DNA of 64,000 bases, taken from Hemiscyllium ocellatum (Eukaryota). Numbering within the stretch: the first letter of the stretch is position 1; the number at the start of each line of letters is the position of its first letter. Below, piece by piece: positions 13,531 through 25,569 of this stretch. The position numbers were made by a program, and so were the translations under genes. The stretch lies in assembly GCF_020745735.1 (NCBI RefSeq), contig NC_083436.1, positions 18,251,299-18,315,298 of the forward strand, read 5' to 3'. The notes beneath the pieces are model-generated. The model ran no database searches. It was not told where the DNA came from and was given only the letters and a program-made list of their open reading frames with translations.

Positions 13531-14439
13531 GCACTTTACCAAAATGTTACTAAGGAATTATGATTACAGTGTTGAGAAAACATAACTTTTCTTTCCTGAA
13601 ATACTGTTATCTATTGCATAACTTATTGAACATTACTGATGTAATCCTAAACGATGGTAATACTGGATAAGTTAGATCATAGAGGAAAACATGACTTGAC
13701 AGTGCAAGTTTTAATTTTACAGTTTTGTAGCAGTGGCAGTCAGTCATTGAACATACTGATCCAGTAAAGAACTTAAGTAAATTGTGCGAAGTAAAATATA
13801 GCAAGCAAATAAGCTGATGACCATTCTGGAAGATCTTAACATAAACAGCAAAAAGATTCAACCCTTTTCCCAGCAATATCCTTGACAGACACACTTGCTG
13901 TGAAATCTCTCAGTTAACTCAGTTATGATTTCTTAACTAAATTGCAAGCATTTCCTTTTGGTGACTTTCTACACATTTATCAGATGTGATTATCTCCATA
14001 TAGTCTCTTCTGAAGATACAAGATAGTGGCTATTTCACTGTCTTTTCCAAACTGAAATTTAAGTGAAAAACTGTTTAATCTGCTAAACAGGTTGAAGACT
14101 TGTTTCCAACTCTGAATGTCTGGATGACCACTAACTAAAATGCCTCCCTGCAGTTCTGAATTGGTTCTTCTCAATTGAAATCTGATTGTGGTCCTGGTCT
14201 GCTTTTCTGTATATCATTACAGTTCAACTTCGCAAAATAAAAACATTAACTAACTTGCCAGGTAATTTAACTACTCAAAACTAACTTTGACCTCTTAAAA
14301 CTAATAACCTTCACAAAACTAAAAATAAAAAAATCCACATACTTCAACTTTAAAACTCAAACTTTCAAATGATAATAACAAATGGGATCACAACACTCAG
14401 ATGAAGCTATTGCCAATTTTCTTCTCCCAATCCCTCCTA

Positions 14440-16140
14440 TTAAAGGCATACAGCATAGAAAGAGGCCCTTCAGTCCAGCATGTCTATGCCATCCAACAGC
14501 ACCAAACTACACTAATTGCACTTCCCCTGCACCTTGGCCCATAGCTTACTTTTGTCTTGGCATTTTAAGTACTCATCCAGGTGCAATGCTGCAAGAGTAC
14601 TTGCATCACACCTCTCAGGCAGTGCTTTCCATATTTCCACCCTCTAAGTGAAAACATGTTTCCTCAGATCTCCTCAAAACCACCTGCTCCTCACCTTAAA
14701 CATGTCTACCTTGGAGAACAGATTCCCATGATTTACCCCATCTCTGCTCCTCAATTTAATTTATCTCAATCAGATACTCCGTCAGCCACCTCTGCTCCAG
14801 GGAAAGAAAACCTCAGTCTATTCATTCCCTCCATATAACCAAGACTTTCCATCATTGACAACATTTCCCTTGTACCCTGTCCAGTGCAATCAAATCTTGA
14901 TAGTGAGGTGACCAAAACTGCAAACAGAATTCCATCTGGGCTACCCACTGTTTTATAAAGTTGTAACAAGCTTCCCTGCTCTCACATTCTATACTTCAGC
15001 TAGTGAAGGTTAACATCCTGTTTGCCTTCTTCACTATATTGTCTACCTGTGCTGACACCTTCAGGGATCTATGGACTTGTACACCACAGTCTCTTTGTTC
15101 CTCAGTACTCCCTAGGAGCCTACCAATCATGGCGTATATCTGACCCTATTTAGACCTCGTAAAATTCATCACCTCACACTCATCAGGATTGAGTTCCATT
15201 TACTATTGCTCTGCCAAATTTAATCAGATGATTAATATCAGACTGCAGTCTGAGACCATCTTCCTCACCAATTTTTGTATCATCTGCGAACTTATTAATT
15301 ATACCTCCAATATTCACATCCAAGTCATTAATGTATATAACAAATAGCAAGGGTCCCAGCATCAATGTCTGTGGTAGACCACAGGTCAGAAGCTTCCTAT
15401 TACAAAAACAACCCTCTATCACCCTTTGCATCCTGTTTGCCAACTTGCCTTGGATCCCATGGGCTCTTATCTTTGAACAAGCCTTCTATGATGGATCTTG
15501 TCAAAGGCCTTACTGAAGCCCATGTAAACCAAATCAACTGCACTACACTCATATTCAAACACCTTTTCAAAAAACTCAATAATTTAGACAGAAAGGATCT
15601 CCCACTCACTATCCCAGATCAAATCCTGCCTTTCCAAGGATTGATTAATCCTGACTTTCAGATTTTTTTCAATAATTTCCCTACCATGATGTCAGATAAA
15701 CTCGTCTGTATTAACCTGGCCTATCCTTGCTGCCCTTCTTGAATAAAGGAACTATATTAGCCATTTTCCAGTCATCTAGCACTTCACTCATGATCAGAAA
15801 AGTATTAAATATTTTCACTAGGGTTCTGAGAATGTCTTGCCTTGCCTCCTATTGCAGACTGGGAACCATCTCATCATGCCCTAGGGATTTATGCAATTGG
15901 ATGCCTGCTAAAGCAACTAATAGTTCTTACAATTTTATCATGCTGTAGAACCTCACCATTCCAACTGAAATTTTCAGAGACAGTATTTTTCCTCCTTGGT
16001 GAATACAGATGAGAAATATTAATTTAAGATCTCACCTACATCCTCTGGTTTCACACACAGATTGCACTTTTGGTAGTTAATAGACACCACTCTTTCCCTG
16101 GTAATCCTATTGCTCTTAATATACTTATAAAATGCCTACA
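14440..16140 (-). mobile_element. Older CR1 LINE ORF2 fragment
   Basis: GLPQTLMLGPLLFVIYINDLD...KFADDTK in ORF 15183-15443. Confidence 0.85.
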
Positions 16141-16611
16141 CTGCGCTTAAAGTAGTATCTGTAACATTTTAACGTACTGGATTACTTCGAGCGCTACTTC
16201 ATTTCGATCATCGGCTACTTCTGGCTGAATAACTTTGAGATTGTACTATATTGAGGTAACCAGTCATGTAAATCTTTAGGTATATTCCTTTAACAAAGCA
16301 GAGTTGCCTTCATGCTGAAGTGTGCACCTCTCACACAGCAGCTGAAGCAAAGACCATACTTTACTAGCAGTGTTTTAACTATCACATTCCAGTGTGAAGA
16401 CAAATTTCACGCAGTTTGGCTTTTGAAATTAAACAGACATGGGGGAATAGAACAGGAGAGCTAAAACACAGGAAAAAAATTCTTGAGAGTAGATCAGATA
16501 ACTATGAAGAAAAATCAGTATTCTTGTGACTCAAGCCCAGTACATCAGTAATTAAGAACAATCGATTTTATCAAGCAGTAAAAGAGAAACAATAAAGTGA
16601 ATCTTACTTAC

Positions 16612-16640
16612 TTCATTTTTGGATGATTTCAAAGAATATT
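16612..16640 (-). CDS. ELMOD2: ELMOD2 29-nt coding exon
   Basis: ttctttcaaatag|AA TAT TCT TTG AAA TCA TCC AAA AAT GAA|gtaagt = (E)YSLKSSKNE, equivalent to human ENSLTYSKNK. Phase fits both neighbours. Confidence 0.9.
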
Positions 16641-17390
16641 CTATTTGAAAGAAATGATAAATTTAGCTTTTAAGTTAAATCAGATTTTATCAGATTTTCA
16701 GGAAATATGTTTAAAGTATGAATGCAAAACAAGTATATTAAGACAGATATAAAACGTGTACAGATGAACAATTGTTTTAATTGTTATAACTTTATAATCA
16801 TAATTGCATTAAAATATGAAAATATTTTTTATCTGCAAGTTATGGTGTTAACAATATTAACTATAAATAAAGTTCTATGCATTATATGAAGAGAGTCTGG
16901 ATGAAAATCTAGATAACATGGACCAGTCTTGAATTCATACCAGATAAAATTCTACAATTATCAATAACAAAATTGTGGAGTAAGTGAGATATAAATTAAT
17001 GTATGGTTTTAGTCAAAGAATTTATGGAAATATTCAGTTGCACAAAGTGGATAAAAATAAAGTGAAGAACAAAAAATAATCTTATCATACATAGAGTTCT
17101 AGTTAAATCCAACTTAGCACATTGCTTGCAGACCCTGTAATCCACAATTGAAAAAGATACAAAAAACGAGAGATTAAAAGATTAGAGAATGATCTGGGAC
17201 TTTTCCCTAGTGTAGGGGAACTCAAAACTAGCAGGCATATTTTTAAACTAAGAGGAGAAAGATTTAAAAGGAACCGGAGGAGCAATTCTTTTTCACAGAG
17301 GGTGCTTCATATGTGGAATGAACTGCCACAAAGTGGCAGATGCAGGTACAGTTAAAACACTTAAAAGACATGACAGATTTTTTTTTGTTT

Positions 17391-20390
17391 CAGCAGCAGG
17401 AAAAGTGGGAGCATTGACCAGGGCTGACAGGAAGGTGAATCACTGACTTAAAAACTTACCTCGTGAATAGGCGGAGTGCACACGGGATAGCTGACTAAGT
17501 GAGGAATTTGCTAATGCTGTTTTGGAGGGTTTAAACTAATTCGCAGGGGAATGTCAACTTAAATTTTAGTCCCAGTGTTCAGGATATTGAGAGTAGCGAG
17601 GTCAGAAATAAGGTTTCAACGTCGCAAGAGTTCACCAGCAAGCAGGAAGATGATTTGAAGTGTGTCTACTTCAATGCTAGGAGCATCTGCAAAAATGTGG
17701 GTGAACTTGCAGCATCTGGGACTTTGATGTTGTGGCCATTTCAGAGACATGGATAGAGCAAGGACAGGAATGGTCGTTACAGGTTCCGGGATTTAGATGT
17801 TACAGTAAGAACAGAGAAGATGGTAAAAGGGGGATGGGGGTGTGGCATTGTTAGTCAAAGACTGTATTACAGTGGCAGAAAGGACGTTTGAGGACTTGTC
17901 GACTGAGGTAGTATGGGCTGAGGTTAGAAACAGTAAGAGAGGTCACCCTGTTGGGAGTTTTCTATAGGCCTCCATATACTTCCAGAAATGTAGAGAAAAG
18001 GACAGCAAAGATAATTCTGGATAAAATTCTGAGTAACAGGGTAGATGTTATGAGGGGCTTTAGTATTTCCAGTCAATATTTGGAAAGTTAATAGTTATTG
18101 TCCAACATGTGCAGGGTGGTTTCCTGACACAGGATGTAGACAAGCCAGTAAGAGACAAAGCCACATTGGATTTGGTACTGGGTAATGAACCTGACTAGGT
18201 GTTAGATTTGGAGGTAGGTGAGCACTTTGGTGATAGTGACCCCAATTCGGTTACGTTTTCTTTAGCGAAGGAAATGGACAGGTAAATACCGCAGGGCAAG
18301 AGTTGTAGCTGGGGGAAAGGCAATTACGTTGCGATTAGGCAAGATTTAGCATGCATACGATGGGGAAGGAAATTGATCGGGATGGACACAATTGAAATGT
18401 GGAGCTTATTCAAGGTACAGCTACTACGTGTTGTTGATAAGTATGTAACTGTCAGGCAGGGAGAAGGTGATCAAGCAAGGGAGACATGGTTTACTAAAGA
18501 AGTTGAATCTCTTGTCAAGAGGAAGGAGGCGGCTTATGTTAGGATGAGACATGAAGACTTAATTAGGGTGCTTGAGAGTTACAAGTTAGCCAGAAAAGAC
18601 CTAAAGAGAGAGCTGAGAAGTGCCAGGAGGGGACATGAGAAGTTGTTGGCAGATAGAATGAAAGAAAACTCTAAAGCTTCCTACAGGTATATCAGAAATA
18701 AAAGAATGACTGCAGAAAGATTAGGGCCAACAAGTATAGCAGTGGGAAGTTATGCGTGGAGTCCAAGGAGAGAGGGGAAGCGCTAAATGAAGATTTTTCA
18801 TCAATATTCACACAGGTAAAAGACAATGTTGTCAAGGAGAGTACAGAGATACAGGCTATTAGATTAGACAGAATCGAGGTTTACAATGAGGAGGTGTTAG
18901 CATTTCTGGAAAGTATCAAAATAGATAAGTCCCCAGGCTGGATGGGATTTATCCTAGGATTCTCTGGAAAGCCAGGGAAGAGATTGCAGAGCCGTTGACT
19001 TTGATCTTTATGCGATCATCGTCTACAGGAATAGTGCCTGAAGACTGGAAGATAGCAAATGTTGTCCCTTGTTCAAGAAAGGGAGTAGAGACAAACCTGG
19101 TAGTTATAGACCAGTAAACCTTACTCTGGTTGTGGGTAATGTGTTGGAAAAGGTTATAAGAGATAAGATTTATAATCATCTAGAGGGATAGTCAACATGG
19201 CTTTGTGAAGTGTAGGTCATGCCTCACAAACTTTATTGAGTTCTTTGAGATGGTGATCAAATAGGTGGACGGTCAATGTGGTGTATATGAATTTCAGTAA
19301 GGTGTTTGAGAAGGTTCCCCACGTTGGCTATTGCAGAAAATATGGTGGTATAGGATTGAGGGTGATTTAGCGGTTAGGATTTGGAAATTGGCTAGCTGTA
19401 AGACGACAGAGGGTGGTGGTTGATGGGAAATGTTCATCCTGGAGTTCAGTTTCCAGCAGTGTACTACTGTTTGCATTTTTATAAATGATCTGGTGAGGCA
19501 TAGAAGGATGAGTTAGTAAGTTTGCGGATGATGCTAAGGTCGGTCGAGTTGTGGATAGTGTAGAAGGATGCTGTAGGTTACAGAGGGACATAGATAAGCG
19601 GCAGAGCGGGGCTGAGAGGTGGCAAATGGAATTTAATGTGAAAAAGTGCGAGCTGATACACTTTGGAAGGAGTTACAGGAATAAAGAGTACTGGGCTAAA
19701 GGTAAGATTCTTGGTAGTGTGGATGAGCAGAGATAGTTCTGTGTCCATGTGCATAGATCCCTGAAAGTTGTCACCCAGGTTGACAGAGTTATTAAAAAGG
19801 CATACAGTGTGTTAACTTTTATTGGAAAAGGAATGAGTTTCAGAGCGACAAGGTCACGCTGCAGCTGTACTAAACTCTGGCTCGGCCACACTTGAGTATT
19901 GCATACAGTTCTGGTCACTGCATTATAGGAAGGATGTGGAGGCTTTGGAAAGAGCTCAGAGGAGATTTACTAGGATGTTGCCAGGTATGGAGGAAAGATC
20001 TTATGAGGAAAGGCTGAGGGACTGGAGGTTGTTTTCATTAAAGAAAGTTGAGACATGTAAGATAATCAGAGGGTTAGACAGGATTGACAGCGAGAGCCTT
20101 GTTTCTCGGATGGTGATGGCCAGCACGAAGGGACAGAACTTTAAATTGAGGGGTGATAGATATAGGACAGATGTCAGAGGTAGTTTCTTTATTCATAGAG
20201 TAGGGGCATGGAACGCACAGCCTGCAACAGTAGTAGACTTGCTAACTTTCAGGGCATTTAACTGGTCACTGGATAAACATATGGATGAAAACAGAATAGT
20301 GTAGGATAGTAGGCTTCAGATTGTTGCACCGACCTGTGGAACTCTCGAGGACCGAAGGGCCTGTACTGCATTGCGATGTTTTTTGTTCTA
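17391..20390 (+). mobile_element. Long CR1 (HER1-like) LINE, decayed ORF2 from endonuclease start to 3' tail, nested in another CR1 3' end
   Basis: LKCVYFNARSI near 17657, RT motifs, tail tttgttcta. Host CR1 tail at about 17180-17370 resumes at 20391-20520. Confidence 0.92.
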
Positions 20391-20701
20391 TTAACAGAAA
20401 AGATTTAGAGGGATATGGGCCAAATGCAGGCAAATGGGACTAGTTTAGTTTGGGAACCTTGGTCAGCTTGGTGCATTGGATTCAAGGGTCTGTTTCCACG
20501 CTGTATGACAATGACTCTATAAAATCAAGGGGAAATATTACAGAGTTTGTCCAAAACAATAATAAAAGGATCAGGCAGACTAATGGTCCTAGATGCCAGT
20601 CATAAGCCTAGAACATTGCGCACTTTTTTATTGTTATGGTATCAATGTGTATTAGTGGATGCCCTACTTATAATTCAGAAATAGCTTTCCTCACTGCTCA
20701 C

Positions 20702-20846
20702 CTATTTTCATTGTTCGCTCTGCTCCTTGAACAGTACTGGCACAAATACGTTGCAGTTCACATCTTCCAGTAAGCTTTCTTAAAATCCACTTCATCCAAG
20801 ACCTCAGAAGAGTGCTGTACAGGTAATTCCAAATCAAACTAATCAT
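20702..20846 (-). CDS. ELMOD2: ELMOD2 first conserved coding exon (exon spans 20702-20849, ATG at 20846)
   Basis: Reverse strand reads tttctcaccag|AAT ATG...ATA G|gtgagc. Translation MISLIWNYLYSTLLRSWMKWILRKLTGRCELQRICASTVQGAERTMKI matches the ELMOD N-terminus (WMKWLLRQMTGKCELQRI in human ELMOD2). Ends in phase 1. Confidence 0.95.
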
Positions 20847-21186
20847 ATTCTGGTGAGAAAAAGAAAGATGCTCTCACTAAATGTGATTCACGTTAAGAGC
20901 TAACCCGCTTTAAGTTTAAGACCCTTCCAAGTCAAAACTATCCAAAATCAATTCCCATATTAATAAAAGCTACCACTCAGTTACTCCCTCTCAATCATGG
21001 AGCACAGGTGGTAGGAATGATTACAAACTCAAATCACAGATGTAAAAGGACAGAGTGCTTGGAATATCAACCATCCTAATAATTTTCACATTTAATATTT
21101 CCATTTTGTTTTGCTTTATGGCAAAATAACAAACCCTATTGCAAAAAAATGCATTTATAACAAGGGATCAAGTAACTAAAACTCAC

Positions 21187-21253
21187 CATCGCAAACAAAA
21201 TAGAAGTTCCTAATGTGACCATGATCTATGCTGGGTTTTGACAATACACTGCA
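21187..21253 (-). other. ELMOD2: Putative upstream ELMOD2 exon with an in-frame ATG (MVTLGTSILFAM)
   Basis: Acceptor tttctgctttaaattttag and donor ATG|gtgagt. ATG at 21222 gives 12 codons that splice in frame to AAT-ATG of the next exon. Confidence 0.55.
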
Positions 21254-23706
21254 CTAAAATTTAAAGCAGAAATCTTAACGGGAACAAAACTAATGAAGCC
21301 ATTCAAATCTCAGGACTTGCTTGCTGCTGGTACTGTAAACAGCAAAGTAATAGTGGGAGCTGAAAGATGGTCCAGAAAATTGGTTGGTACACAAAATAGA
21401 TTTGATAAATTACATACAATGCCTTTTTTGTTCCAAATTATCTATTCTCAAAAATTAGTTTTACTACTCAAGTTGAGAGAGTAAGTCAAATTACATTCCT
21501 ACTGCAAAATGCTCGAATGGCACGGTAACATACATTTGTTAGACAAGGTCATTTCTGGTCACCTTTGTCATTTGTCACTCAACATCCTCTCATCTACTAT
21601 TTATGTCTTTGAAAATAATTCACCCCAAGTCAGTTATAACCGCACTTTAAAATGCCTAACTGGCCAGTTTCCATTCATTGTTGTTATGATCCTGGATGAT
21701 ACCAAATTTATGATCTGCTAAAAACCAATAACTTTTCTAAAAAGTAGAAAAATTTCAGATCTCAAACACTTAGTAACAGAATAAAGCCACAAGGATCCAC
21801 TGTTTTCAAACAAATTAAATAAACTTGATGCTATAAAAAGTTAAAATAGCTGCACAACACACAATGTGTGATTTGGAGATGCCTCTTTGGAGAGGCATCG
21901 CCAAATCATGACTACTATCGACAACACTAACTGCCAGCTTAAGCCACAATCACCTGATGAAGCAGCAGTACTCCGAAAGCTAGTGTGCTTCTAATTAAAC
22001 CTGCTGGACTATAACCTGGTGTTGTGAGATTTTTAAACACAATATATATGATATATACTCTTAACAACCAGACCTAGCCTGAAGTAAATGAGGGGAGACA
22101 GACAGTTGTCAAAGCCCTCCATGAAGCACATCAAATTGCAAATGTGGTCAAGACAGATTCCACATTTTTTTTAGCATCCCCTAGCTATTAGTGACACAGT
22201 CACCAAATTTCATTAAAAACATTTTCGCCTTTACAAAGAATTCCAATTCATCACTTTTAATGCTCTGGCTTTAAGTCTTCCTTAAAAGCCATTCCATCAG
22301 AGTACATCGATGACCACTCACACCTAGGTGGTTTAATCTCTTCTACTGGATGCCCAGAATTGCACTACAGCATCAATTCTAGCTCTTTCCAAGACAGTTT
22401 GCTTCATTAAGCTAACAAAACCTCCGTGGTCTCTCTCAACTGCATGAATCAAATAGTGCTTGTGGCTTCTTGACCCTAATCTCACATTAACTTCCATAGG
22501 CTTCTCCTGCCATAACTGCTTGGAGTCTAACAGCAACGCTCATGCTGCCTCAAGCCATTTCATTACCTCAGCACTCTCCCAGGAAAAGCACACCTAGTTA
22601 ACCTGAAATCTAAAATATGCCAAGTCCATCCATCTCCATGACAACATAGCTTGTTCTGAGCTAATTGGTGCTTCAGCCCGAGGAGTTTCCTGAATATATC
22701 TGAATTAATTTAAAAACTCTCAGGTAAAAAAACTGCTCCTATGTTCCATGGTCACACCTCTTCAGAGAATCACTGTGGACTTGATAGGCCAAATGGCTTA
22801 TTTCTACACTGGAGGGATTCTTTGATATTAACATGGAATGAAGGAACAAAGATTGGGTTATATTTATCCTTCATTCCTTCACTCATATTTGATTTGGTGA
22901 GCTACTATTTTTTTCAGACAGCGATTTACAATGCACAATATTGAGAGAAAGCAGAGTGTGCAAAAGTAACAACTAAAGAACCATGTGCTGTTGAAGCAGC
23001 ACATTCACTATAGCTGACTCAGCGCTATACACCATTGTAATAACAGCAAAATAGACAAGGCAGCGTCCACACCATGCAGCATTCAATTATACTGAACTAC
23101 CCTGGGTTTTAAAAGAAACTCTTAAAAGCTCTGCAATGCACTCCCTAGCGTTCTGCTGCAAACCTAACAGAGGTGTTTACTAATTGAACGTGAGTCATAA
23201 ATTATGCTGAACGTCAAGTTAGCTTCTCGATCAACCTACACTTCTGTAATAGAAGGCCTTAGTGGAAGTAAACCATATCGGCTTTTTGCACCCAACTTAA
23301 TAAACAAAACTCGGAAATAGGTTGAAAGTCAAAATAAATCAATGAAAAAACTTTGAGATGGAAAATATACTTCGAAAAACAAAATAATGTAAAGCCACGA
23401 GCAAGTGCGCGAGTCCGAGGTTACCAATAAACACGGCACCTCCATCCCACTTCTGTGCAGCATAACAAGTGGGAAAGGAAGTAAAAGATGCAGCCACTTG
23501 ACTGAAGGCCGAGTGGTTCTCAATAAGAGCCCCCATAATGGAGCAAACAGAGCGGGGATTAACCAGGCAGAGAGGCAGCAACAAGTGGCCGGCCCTGGTT
23601 CCGCTGCTGGACACTCTCCGGAGAGGTGAACCGAGAGCCACTCAGTCCTCCCGCCTTAAGGCAGAAGCCTCCACATCCCTCAGCTGTACCGAGGAACTTT
23701 ACTCAC

Positions 23707-23890
23707 ACCGTCACCGCTCAAAAGGAATGCTTTCCCCCCTCCCTCCCCCGCGCGATGATTCACCGTCACCAGGCCAACGGCCACAGGAAACGCGTCACCG
23801 CCCACCCTGCTCCACGAGGTGGGGCATCAAAGGCATGCAGTCGGCGGCGGCGCTGTCAACTACGGCGCGAGGCTGGTCGGAGCTCTGCGA
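23707..23890 (-). other. ELMOD2: Probable non-coding first exon of ELMOD2 (TSS approximate)
   Basis: Within the CpG island, downstream of GC/CCAAT boxes. Strong donor GGT|gtgagt at 23706-23701. Confidence 0.5.
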
Positions 23891-23940
23891 AGGCGGGGCC
23901 GTGCGGTAAGGGGCGGGGAAATCTGAGTGTGGGCGGGCAC

Positions 23941-24060
23941 AAGTACGTGCGGTCGAGGGGCAGGGCAGAGGTACGTATGGGCGGGACTGAGGGCGCATAG
24001 GTACGTATGAGCGGGACTGGGGGGGAGCATAGGTACGTGTGGGCGGGACTGAGGGGGGGT
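23941..24060 (+). repeat. Promoter minisatellite, about 4 x 30 bp (aggtacgt(a/g)tgggcgggactgaggg...)
   Basis: Units at 23941-23968 (degenerate), 23969-23998, 23999-24030 and 24031-24060. Confidence 0.9.
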
Positions 24061-24613
24061 GGGGTCACACGGAGGCGATTGGCTAACTACCATGAACGCG
24101 CTCGCGTGCTGTGGTGACGCTATCGTGCTCGAGGAGCTCCCTAGTTGGGGTCGGCGAGTGGAGAGGTCGCTTGGGTAAAAATAAACCGTCTTTTACTGAA
24201 CTCAATGATAATCGTTTTGCTTGAGTTGTAGGGATTGGAAGAACGAAAGCAGCGAGCCATGCTTGGAGGAAAAGAGCCTTTGAAGCAGATTTGAATGATA
24301 ATTGTTCGTGAAACAGGGAACTGTGGTGTGCTCGGGTTAAATACATGGGTGGCCCTTTGGTCATAACATTATTCAATCTGTACACTAAACAAACATTTAA
24401 AAATTGGATTGTGAAATATTAAATACGAGCAACAAAAGCAGTACTTAACAGACAAGAAAAACCTTCAGATGCAGGAATCCAAAGTAGATAACCTGGAGGC
24501 TGGAAGAACACAGAGCCTGGCAGCATCAGGAGATGGAAAACTCAACAAAATATTACTTGCAGAATCAGAAGAGGCCCCACAAAATGTAGGTTAACTAAAC
24601 TCTATATATTTTG

Positions 24614-25569
24614 TCAGGTCGCACAACATCAGGTTATATTCCAACACCTTCCCTCCGCTTCCCATAAAGACTGTTCCCTCCGCAAGTACCCCATTGGGTC
24701 CACACCCCCTAACAACCCACCTTCCCCTTCTTGTCCTGGCACCTTTTGCTGCCACTACAGGAATTGCAAAACCTGTGTCCAAACCTCCCAACGTTTCCCT
24801 CCCCGCCATCCAAGGCCCCAAAGGAGCTGTCCACATACATCAAAGTTTCACCTGCACTTCCACATGTCGTTTCCGGTATCCATTGCTCCCGGTGCGGTCT
24901 CTACATTGGGGAGACAGGACGCCTACATACAGAACGCTTCAGAAAACATCGGGACACTCACACCAAGCCCCATAGCCGAACACTTCAACTCCCCTCTCAC
25001 TCTGCTAAGGACATGCAGGTCCTGGGCCTCTTCCATCGCCACTCCTTTACCACTGGACACCTCGATGGGACCCTCCAACCCCATGGCATCAATGTGGATT
25101 TCACCAGTTTCCTCATTTCCCCTCCCTCTACCTTACCCCAGTTCAAAGCTTCCAGCTCCGAACTTTCCTCATGACCCGCCCATCTGTCCATCTTCCTTCA
25201 CACCTATCCGCTCCACCCTCCCCTCCAACCTATCACCTTTACCACATCTCCATCCATCTAATGCACTCTCAGCTACCTTCACCCCCAGCCCCATCCCTCT
25301 CCCATTTATCTCCCCACCCCTGAGGCTCCCAGCCTCATTCCTGATGAAGGGTTTTGCCCGAAATGTCAATTTTTCCTGCTGCTCGGATGCTGCCTAACCT
25401 GCTGAGCTTTTCCATCACCACACTCTTGACTCAAATCTCCAGCATCTGCAGTACTCACTTTTGCCTTATATTCCAATAGGTATGTTTGAAATCACACAAG
25501 CTTTCAGAGCATAGCCTCTTCATCAGGTGCAGGCCACCTCAGTCCAACACCAGCACCTCCACATCGTTG
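24614..25569. mobile_element. Nested Penelope elements: GIY-YIG fragment 24645-25465 (+) inside a short Penelope-terminal element (-)
   Basis: Inner TSD ttatattccaa (24634-24644 / 25466-25476), outer TSD ctatatattttg (24602-24613 / 25570-25581). CSRCGLYIGETGR GIY-YIG remnant. Confidence 0.85.

Larger units (their letters stand above)
23530..24200. promoter_or_regulatory. CpG island, probable bidirectional promoter (ELMOD2 / ZNF gene)
   Basis: The most strongly GC/CpG-rich unique stretch in the window. Multiple GGGCGG boxes (23892-24050), CCAAT box (ATTGG 24078-24082), TGACG near 24115. Confidence 0.85.

Noticed and set aside
23941-24060. CRISPR-like repeat array
   Set aside because: Units are contiguous with no unique spacers, in a vertebrate promoter; it is a minisatellite.
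23329-24385. Several overlapping ORFs across the CpG island
   Set aside because: Expected from GC-rich, stop-poor sequence and the tandem repeat; no protein similarity.
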